From assembly GCA_963772725.1 (NCBI GenBank), contig CAVYYI010000001.1, positions 384,001 to 448,000 on the forward strand: a stretch of 64,000 nucleotides of DNA, given 5' to 3'. Shown one piece after another: positions 57,693-64,000 of this stretch. Each line of letters begins with the position of its first letter. Within the stretch, counting starts at the first letter, position 1. Source of the stretch: an uncultured Phycisphaerales bacterium (GTDB taxonomy: Bacteria; Planctomycetota; Phycisphaerae; Sedimentisphaerales; Anaerobacaceae). The notes under the pieces are model-generated. The model was not told the origin of the DNA and did no database searches. It saw only the letters and a program-made list of their open reading frames with translations. Both the position numbers and the translations under genes were made by a program.

Positions 57693-59338
57693 AACCTCAG
57701 CAAAAATGTTACGTCATAATTTTGGCCGTAACAGTTATTGCCGCAGCAATGCGTTTGCCGCAGCTCACGCTGCGCCCTATGCATTGCGATGAGGCTGTTC
57801 ACGCGGTAAAATTTGGCGCATTGCTCAATGAGCATTTTTACCGTTACGATAAAAATGAATACCACGGCCCGACGTTAAACTATTTCACTCTCATACCAGC
57901 GTGGATTTCCAACTGCAAAAATATTACAGATGTCAATGAAGCTGCCTTGCGGATTGTTCCGGTTTTTTTCGGCATGATGCTTGTACTTTTGTTTTTGCTG
58001 ATAACAGATGGTCTTGGCCGCAATGCCGTTATTTTTGCTGCGATTTTTACGGCTCTCTCACCAGCCTTTGTTTATTACAGCCGGTATTATATCCAGGAAA
58101 CGCTTCTTGTCTGTTTCACATTCGGGGTGATTGTCTGCGGCTGGCGATACACCCAAAATAGGAAAGTTCTATGGGCATTATGTGCCGGAATCTTTCTCGG
58201 CCTTATGTTCGCTACGAAGGAAACATCTCTCATCGCGTTTATATCGCTTGGATTAGCGATTATATTAACTGTGGTTACTAACCGCGGTCTTATTACCCAA
58301 TTAAAAATCAAACCTGGACATCTGATTTTAGCTATAGCCGCCGCTGCGATAGTTTCATCGGCTTTTTACTCATCATTTTTCACCAATCCTCGCGGCATCA
58401 TTGATTCGCTGCTTACCTACGAAACATATTTTGGCCGTGCCGCGCAGAACCAGAATCATTTTCATCCTTGGTATTACTACCTCAAAATCCTTATCTGTAA
58501 TAAATCCGCTTCAGGTCAGGTTTGGACTGAAGCTCTTATTGTTGTTTTGGCCTTATTCGGTTTTCTGACCGCCATAGTGAATACCTGTTGTGGAAGTAGT
58601 TTTTTGTCATTCCCGCGAAAGCTGGAATCCAGTTCTTTACAATGGATACCTGCTTTCGCAGGTATGACATCTGGCGTTAATTCTAATCTGCTGAGGTTTT
58701 TGGCGTTTTACACTGTTATAATGACAGTAACATACTCTGCGATTCCATACAAAACTCCATGGTGCCTGCTCGGCTTTCTGCAAGGAATGATTCTGCTTGC
58801 CGGCATCGGTGCCGCGACAATATTAACATTTTTTAAAAGCCGTTTCGTCCAAACTGTTGCTTTTTTGCTTTTGCTCGCCGGTGTCTTTAATCTTGCGAGG
58901 CAGTCATATCTCGGCAGTTTCAAATATTACGCCGACCCTGATAATCCCTATGTCTATGCACATACGACAAATGATATATTCACAATAACCCGGAGAGTTG
59001 AGCAAATAGCCTCCGCCTATCCGGCAGGCCGCAAAATCTATATCGAGGTTATTTGTCCCGAAGCTGACTATTGGCCTCTTCCCTGGTATCTTCGCTCTTT
59101 TCCGAACATCGGTTGGTGGAACAAGGTTGACGACAAAGTTCCCGCCGCTCCGCTCATTATCGCTTCACCAAAAGTTTATGATGCTCTTATGAAAAAACTT
59201 TATGAGCTGCCTCCGCCGGGTGAGCGTAATTTGTATGTTCCTCTTTTCGACAGGCCTGTTTATCTGCGTCCCAATGTTGAATTAATAGGCCTGGTAACTA
59301 AAGACCTCTCGGACAGCTTTCTGCAGGAGAAGAAATGA
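57689..59338 (+). CDS. GT-C-like membrane protein (TIGR03663/Agl23-like) carrying an in-frame REP insertion
   Basis: RPMHCDEA, EYHGP, YYSRYYIQE, ATKET, HPWYYY, PYKTPW, YVYAHT, YWPLPWYLR. Confidence 0.75.
   Translation: MKPQQKCYVIILAVTVIAAAMRLPQLTLRPMHCDEAVHAVKFGALLNEHFYRYDKNEYHGPTLNYFTLIPAWISNCKNITDVNEAALRIVPVFFGMMLVLLFLLITDGLGRNAVIFAAIFTALSPAFVYYSRYYIQETLLVCFTFGVIVCGWRYTQNRKVLWALCAGIFLGLMFATKETSLIAFISLGLAIILTVVTNRGLITQLKIKPGHLILAIAAAAIVSSAFYSSFFTNPRGIIDSLLTYETYFGRAAQNQNHFHPWYYYLKILICNKSASGQVWTEALIVVLALFGFLTAIVNTCCGSSFLSFPRKLESSSLQWIPAFAGMTSGVNSNLLRFLAFYTVIMTVTYSAIPYKTPWCLLGFLQGMILLAGIGAATILTFFKSRFVQTVAFLLLLAGVFNLARQSYLGSFKYYADPDNPYVYAHTTNDIFTITRRVEQIASAYPAGRKIYIEVICPEADYWPLPWYLRSFPNIGWWNKVDDKVPAAPLIIASPKVYDALMKKLYELPPPGERNLYVPLFDRPVYLRPNVELIGLVTKDLSDSFLQEKK
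58605..58669. repeat. Inverted REP doublet inside a CDS
   Basis: TGTCATTCCCGCGAAAGCTGGAATCCA-gttctttacaa-TGGATACCTGCTTTCGCAGGTATGACA. Confidence 0.85.
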
Positions 59339-60321
59339 CCCAAGGCAGAACTGATAGTCCGATTGTAAACAGCGAAACAGCTTCAATCCCGGAACTGAAA
59401 AAATTTTCGCACAACGCGATGGCGTCTTTTTTTGAAATCTTTATTTTACACAAAGACGCCTTATATGCTCAGCAGGCCGCGTATGCCGCTTTCAATGAAC
59501 TCGACAAACTCGAACAGGAACTCAGCAGGTATATCGAAAACAGCGATATTTCCCGCATAAATAATTTGCTGCCCAATCAGTCTCTTAAAATTGCCATTCC
59601 GACGTTCGAGTCTCTAGAGCTTTGCCAAAAGATGTATATTGAAACTGTCGGCGTTTTCGATGTTACTGTCGGCTCCTTAAAGGACTGCTGGCTTGGCAAA
59701 GATAAGACGCCGCTTAAACCAACAAAAAAGCAATTGGATTACGCCCGTGCGCATACCGGCTCAAAACTTTATAAACTCGACCACTCTGCACATTCCGTTG
59801 AGGTGCTGACTGATAATCTACAAATAGACCTCGGCGGTTTCGCCAAAGGTTACGCCGTCGATAAAATGGCTGAATTGCTCCTCGATTGGAATATTAATAC
59901 TGCCCTTATTAATGGCGGGTATAGTTCAGTTTTGGCACTTGGCACGCCGCCTCAAAAAAAAGGCTGGCCAGTTACCTTAAGCCATCCCCAAAATCCCAGA
60001 CAAATTCTCGCGTACTGTTATTTGAAAGACAACACTCTTAGCGGCTCAGGTCTTGAAAAGGGACCTCATATCATCGACCCGCGAACCGGTCAGCCGGTCA
60101 AAAATAAGATTGCCGCGTGGTCTTGTGCGAAAACCGCTTCCGTCGCCGATGCCCTTTCCACTGCCTTTATGGTTATGTCTGAGGAGGAGATAAAACAATA
60201 CTGCCAAACCCATCCCGATATTTCCGCTGCCGTAATCATCGGCAAGCAGACCAGTAAAAACCCAAGCAAAAAAAACCTTTTTTACGGCAACTGGGAGAAT
60301 AAAGACAGTTTGCCAGCGTAA
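59335..60321 (+). CDS. apbE: FAD:protein FMN transferase (ApbE family)
   Basis: AMASFF, SDISRIN, FDVTVG, IDLGGFAKGYAVD, HIIDPRTG, ADALSTA. Confidence 0.9.
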   Translation: MTQGRTDSPIVNSETASIPELKKFSHNAMASFFEIFILHKDALYAQQAAYAAFNELDKLEQELSRYIENSDISRINNLLPNQSLKIAIPTFESLELCQKMYIETVGVFDVTVGSLKDCWLGKDKTPLKPTKKQLDYARAHTGSKLYKLDHSAHSVEVLTDNLQIDLGGFAKGYAVDKMAELLLDWNINTALINGGYSSVLALGTPPQKKGWPVTLSHPQNPRQILAYCYLKDNTLSGSGLEKGPHIIDPRTGQPVKNKIAAWSCAKTASVADALSTAFMVMSEEEIKQYCQTHPDISAAVIIGKQTSKNPSKKNLFYGNWENKDSLPA

Positions 60322-60376
60322 AAATACCTTTTAAAAACAACTTTTTTCAATTTTTCAAAAAACCGCTGTTTTCCGC

Positions 60377-60405
60377 TTGCAATTTCAGCGATAAGACTTT
60401 ATATT
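60377..60405 (+). promoter_or_regulatory. Sigma70-type promoter of rpmB
   Basis: TTGCAA-17 nt-TATATT. Confidence 0.5.
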
Positions 60406-60472
60406 ACTTTGTTTTACAAAGCCGGAGTATCGGCATATAAAAACTGAATTAGAACGATTAGGAGTGTATTTG

Positions 60473-60739
60473 ATGTCAAGAGTATGTTATTTTACCGGCA
60501 AAAAAACGGTATCGGGCAATAGTATTACTCGCCGCGGTAAGGCTAAGTATCTCGGCGGTGTTGGTAGGAAAATTACCGGTATTAACAAAAGAAAGTTTAA
60601 GCCTAATATTCAGAAGGTTCATGCCGTTATCGACGGAAAGGTATGCAGAATAAGGGTTTCCGCCAAGGCAATTCGAATGGGCCTTGTTCAAAAGCCGCTT
60701 AAGCGAAATTACAAACCTGCTGAAACCGTGGTCAGCTAA
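60473..60739 (+). CDS. rpmB: 50S ribosomal protein L28
   Basis: MSRVCYFTGKK..GN..RRGKAKYLGGVG..RKFKPNIQ; AGGAG RBS. Confidence 0.95.
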   Translation: MSRVCYFTGKKTVSGNSITRRGKAKYLGGVGRKITGINKRKFKPNIQKVHAVIDGKVCRIRVSAKAIRMGLVQKPLKRNYKPAETVVS

Positions 60740-60767
60740 ACAAGCTTTTTTTGTTAAAACTTTTTAT

Positions 60768-60804
60768 AGCGAGGCGGCTTGTCCCTCCTCGCTTTTTATT
60801 TTTT
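60768..60804 (+). terminator. Rho-independent terminator after rpmB
   Basis: AGCGAGG...CCTCGCT followed by TTTTTATTTTTT. Confidence 0.65.
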
Positions 60805-60818
60805 GATAGAGGTCGAAA

Positions 60819-61127
60819 ATGGATAAAAAAATCGACCATGCACAGGTAAAAAAGGTCGCAAAACTCTCTCGGTTGGATTTGACTGATGCCGAAATTACTG
60901 AATTTACCGGCCAGCTAAGTGCGATACTCGGCTATGTTGAGAAACTCAACGAACTCAACACCGACAACGTTGAGCCTCTGGCTCATTGTCTTGCGATTAG
61001 TAACGTTTTCCGTGACGACGTCGCCAAAGAATCGCTCGGAACCCAAAAAACCCTTGCCAACGCTCCCCAGCGTGACGGTGATTTCTTCAAGGTTCCCAAA
61101 ATACTCGATGATAGTTCAGGTGCTTAA
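60819..61127 (+). CDS. gatC: Asp/Glu-tRNA amidotransferase subunit C
   Basis: VAKLSRL, ILGYVEKLNELNT, FRDD, LANAP..FFKVPKI. Confidence 0.95.
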   Translation: MDKKIDHAQVKKVAKLSRLDLTDAEITEFTGQLSAILGYVEKLNELNTDNVEPLAHCLAISNVFRDDVAKESLGTQKTLANAPQRDGDFFKVPKILDDSSGA

Positions 61128-61130
61128 TTT

Positions 61131-62615
61131 ATGTCCAATGACCTGTTGAATATGAATTGCAAAGAATTGCGGGACGGCATCGCCTCGGGGCAAATTAAAA
61201 GTCTCGATGTCGCCAAAGCTGTTTTTGACGCTATTGAAAAACACGAACCTGTTATCGGCTCCTATATCAGCACATTTAAAGAAATGGCTATTGCCAAAGC
61301 GACGGAAATCGACTCAAAAATTGCCGCAGGCAAACCGGCAGGAGCCTTGGCCGGTGTACCCGTGGCAGTGAAAGATAATATGTGCACCACTTTTGGCGTT
61401 ACCACCTGCGCATCAAAAATACTCGAAAACTTTCACTCGCCTTACAATGCGACTGTCGTCGATAAGCTTCTTGCTGCCGATGCTGTAATCGTCGGCAAGA
61501 CAAATATGGACGAATTCGCCATGGGTTCAAGCACCGAAAATTCAGGCCTGAAAAGAACGGTAAACCCCTGGGATACCACCCGTGTTCCGGGAGGCAGCAG
61601 CGGCGGTTCGGCAGCGGCGGCAGCAGGGCGATTGTGCTTTGCGGCTCTTGGCTCAGATACGGGCGGGTCTATTCGTTTGCCTGCCGGTTTTTGCGGTGTT
61701 GTCGGCCTCAAGCCCACTTACGGCAGGGTATCTCGGTACGGGCTTGTTGCTTACGGCTCCAGTCTCGACCAGATTGGCCCTTTTGCCAGAACCGTAACAG
61801 ATTGTGCCTTGATGATGAACGTTATCGCTGGACACGACCCTGCTGACAGTACAAGCGTTGATGACAAAACCGCTCCCGTACCCGATTACCTTGAAAAAAT
61901 TGATGAGCCGCTTACCGATTTAAAAGTTGCTGTTGTCCCGCGTTTTACCGCTGGCGCCGATGAGCCGATACAAAAAGCTCTCGCTGATGCGATAAACCTG
62001 TATAAAGATTACGGCGCAAAAATCACGGAAGTGGATATGCCGCATCTTGACTATGCCATTGCCGCTTATTATATAATCGCTACCGCAGAAGCATCAAGCA
62101 ACCTGGCCCGTTATGACGGTGTGCATTACGGCCATCGCACCGCCAATCCGAAAGATTATATTGAGGTGTACTCAAAATCCAGAGCTGAAGGTTTCGGCAA
62201 GGAAGTCAAAAGACGCATAATGCTCGGCACTTATGTACTGTCCAGCGGCTACTATGATGCCTATTATCTAAAAGCTCTCAAAGCAAGAAATCTTATTCGC
62301 GATGATTTTAGTAAAGTCTTTGAAAAATGCGACTGCATCATTATGCCTGTTGCCCCAACCACGGCGTTTAAGATTGGCGAAAAAACCGACGACCCCTTAA
62401 AAATGTATCTGTCCGATATTTACACAATCGCCGCCAATCTCGCTGGTATTCCCGCGATAAGTATCCCTGCCGGCTTTGACAATAACAATCTTCCTATCGG
62501 CCTCCAGATAATTGCCCCGGCTTTTCAGGAACAAAAGCTTTTACGAATTTCGAGAATGTTTGAAAGTCAAACAGACTTCCATAAACGATATCTACGAATA
62601 ATGAATAATATATGA
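61131..62615 (+). CDS. gatA: Asp/Glu-tRNA amidotransferase subunit A
   Basis: GKTNMDEFAMGSSTE, PGGSSGGS, GSDTGGSIR, SSNLARYDG, EVKRRIMLG. Confidence 0.97.
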   Translation: MSNDLLNMNCKELRDGIASGQIKSLDVAKAVFDAIEKHEPVIGSYISTFKEMAIAKATEIDSKIAAGKPAGALAGVPVAVKDNMCTTFGVTTCASKILENFHSPYNATVVDKLLAADAVIVGKTNMDEFAMGSSTENSGLKRTVNPWDTTRVPGGSSGGSAAAAAGRLCFAALGSDTGGSIRLPAGFCGVVGLKPTYGRVSRYGLVAYGSSLDQIGPFARTVTDCALMMNVIAGHDPADSTSVDDKTAPVPDYLEKIDEPLTDLKVAVVPRFTAGADEPIQKALADAINLYKDYGAKITEVDMPHLDYAIAAYYIIATAEASSNLARYDGVHYGHRTANPKDYIEVYSKSRAEGFGKEVKRRIMLGTYVLSSGYYDAYYLKALKARNLIRDDFSKVFEKCDCIIMPVAPTTAFKIGEKTDDPLKMYLSDIYTIAANLAGIPAISIPAGFDNNNLPIGLQIIAPAFQEQKLLRISRMFESQTDFHKRYLRIMNNI

Positions 62616-62637
62616 TTAACCACGAATGAACACAAAT
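62616..62637 (+). repeat. 9-mer repeat, left flank of GxxExxY gene
   Basis: TTAACCACGAATGAACACAAAT immediately after the gatA stop. Confidence 0.8.
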
Positions 62638-62656
62638 ATTTTTGATTAGGCCTTAA

Positions 62657-63037
62657 ATGGATATTGATAAGAATATTATTTATAAAGAACTTTCTTATAA
62701 AATCACAGGATTAGCACTTGAAGTGCATAATGAACTTGGCTGTGGTTTTTTGGAGAAGGTATATGAAAATGCCATGATGACATTGCTCGACAGAGAAAAG
62801 ATACCAGCCAGACAACAGGCTCCGGCGGATGTTTATTTCCAGGGCAAAGTTATAGGCCAATATTTTGCGGATATTCTGGTAGATAACAAGTTAATACTTG
62901 AGCTAAAGACTGTAGATGCTATTACAAATGTTCATACAGCACAGGTATTAAATTATCTTCGGGCTACCGGAATTAAACTTGGACTAATTCTAAACTTTGC
63001 TAAACCGAATTTCGAATATAAGAGATTAGTTTTTTAA
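62657..63037 (+). CDS. GxxExxY protein (PD-(D/E)XK-like nuclease fold)
   Basis: LGCGFLEKVYE, ADILVD..LELK, AQVLNYL, GLILNF. Confidence 0.92.
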   Translation: MDIDKNIIYKELSYKITGLALEVHNELGCGFLEKVYENAMMTLLDREKIPARQQAPADVYFQGKVIGQYFADILVDNKLILELKTVDAITNVHTAQVLNYLRATGIKLGLILNFAKPNFEYKRLVF

Positions 63038-63069
63038 TTAACCACAAATGAACACGAATAAACACAAAT
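63038..63069 (+). repeat. 9-mer repeat (direct copy); supplies the ATG of the next ORF
   Basis: TTAACCACAAATGAACACGAATAAACACAAAT. Confidence 0.8.
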
Positions 63070-63974
63070 ATCCTGTTCCAGAGGTGCAACATCCCGAAGG
63101 CGCGAAGTACCAGTTTAAAGAGTGGAAAAACATACTTGTGGGAGATGATAAACACTCAATTCGCAACCAAATCTGTTATATGATTTGGGATTGTGCCTTT
63201 TTCCAGTGCATAAATGAATCAAGAAGATATGCTGCCAAAGACGATAAAGGCAACATCAAACAGAATGTGATGGTGCATCTTTTTATAACTCAGTCTTTTT
63301 TCAAAACCCAACTGCTGTCAATAAGAAAACTTATGGATAAAGACTTCAATAGAGTACAACAAAATAAACCATATACGGTCTATTCCTTGTATAATCTAAT
63401 TGAAGATATAAAAAAAAATAGTTCATTATTGACCAGAAAGAATATCCTTGACGCACATGATTTGCCATATGATTACGAGGAAGCAGAGAAGCTTTTTGGG
63501 CAGAAAACAGGATATGTTGTTATGGGAGACGACCCAATAGAACTTTCCAAAGATTTTCATAGACGGATAGACTCTATGACAGGGGTAGCAGCTGACAAAA
63601 GAAGTCCTGATGACTTGGTTCCTAATAATATTCTTAAACAGTTTGATGACAAATTGGCAAGTATTGATGAATTATGCAAATATGTGGACAAATTTATTGC
63701 ACACTCTGCTACGCCTGAAAGCAGAAAAGTAATTCCCGACGAAATTGAGGGTGCCTTAGGCAAAGTTTTAAATACTCATAAAATTATATGTGAGACAGCA
63801 AGTTTTATAGGAAATAATTTGTTGTTTTGTGGTTTCGGTAATTTTTTATCTACCCCTCAATTCGACCAATTTGAATATCTTGACGAGCCTATAGCCTCAA
63901 AAGAAACCATAGAAAAATTACGGAAGTTTTGGGTAAGATATTATATGGAAACAAAGCAATGGGCAGTTGTATAG
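63048..63974 (+). CDS. Hypothetical protein, possibly HEPN/AbiU2-like
   Basis: Helical protein with QLLSIRKLMD...YSLYNLIEDI...YVDKFIAH; AT-rich. Confidence 0.55.
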   Translation: MNTNKHKYPVPEVQHPEGAKYQFKEWKNILVGDDKHSIRNQICYMIWDCAFFQCINESRRYAAKDDKGNIKQNVMVHLFITQSFFKTQLLSIRKLMDKDFNRVQQNKPYTVYSLYNLIEDIKKNSSLLTRKNILDAHDLPYDYEEAEKLFGQKTGYVVMGDDPIELSKDFHRRIDSMTGVAADKRSPDDLVPNNILKQFDDKLASIDELCKYVDKFIAHSATPESRKVIPDEIEGALGKVLNTHKIICETASFIGNNLLFCGFGNFLSTPQFDQFEYLDEPIASKETIEKLRKFWVRYYMETKQWAVV

Positions 63975-63984
63975 ATAATAATAA

Positions 63985-64000
63985 ATTAGTGTTTATTAGT
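63985..64000 (-). repeat. Inverted 9-mer repeat closing the cassette (truncated by window edge)
   Basis: ATTAGTGTTTATTAGT is the reverse complement of ACTAATAAACACTAAT. Confidence 0.6.

Overview
A 64-kb bacterial chromosome segment, most likely from a planctomycete. The PVC-superphylum signature small basic protein is present, and Tat-exported sulfatase and oxidoreductases, dockerin-like tails and PFOR point to an anaerobic Phycisphaerae/Sedimentisphaerales-like organism (inference). The housekeeping backbone is gyrA, holA, an RluA-family synthase, ligA, ribD, rpmB, gatC, gatA, tRNA-Asn, PFOR, a MoxR/DUF58/BatA-E operon, polyamine genes and an LpxL-like acyltransferase. Many single-base frameshifts in conserved or essential genes (gyrA, PFOR, fliA, moxR, batA) look like uncorrected long-read indels. 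Accessory content includes a four-family IS pile-up (ISAs1 remnant, IS3, IS630, IS1182), an internally deleted IS630 MITE, two HEPN/Abi-like genes and many short 7-mer, 9-mer and REP-like repeats. The most notable items are: (1) a secreted RCC1 beta-propeller with two type IV pilin-head-like domains grafted into equivalent loops; (2) a GxxExxY nuclease plus HEPN-like cargo gene bounded by direct and inverted 9-mer repeats, with related repeats scattered through the window; (3) a REP doublet inserted in frame in a membrane glycosyltransferase-like gene; (4) a stand-alone degenerate flgB-flhG-fliA module with a perfect sigma28 promoter beside a diguanylate cyclase; (5) a Tat oxidoreductase/heptaheme cytochrome c/cytochrome b/ApbE cluster; and (6) a candidate orphan structured RNA. 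All family assignments come from motif recognition; no searches were run.
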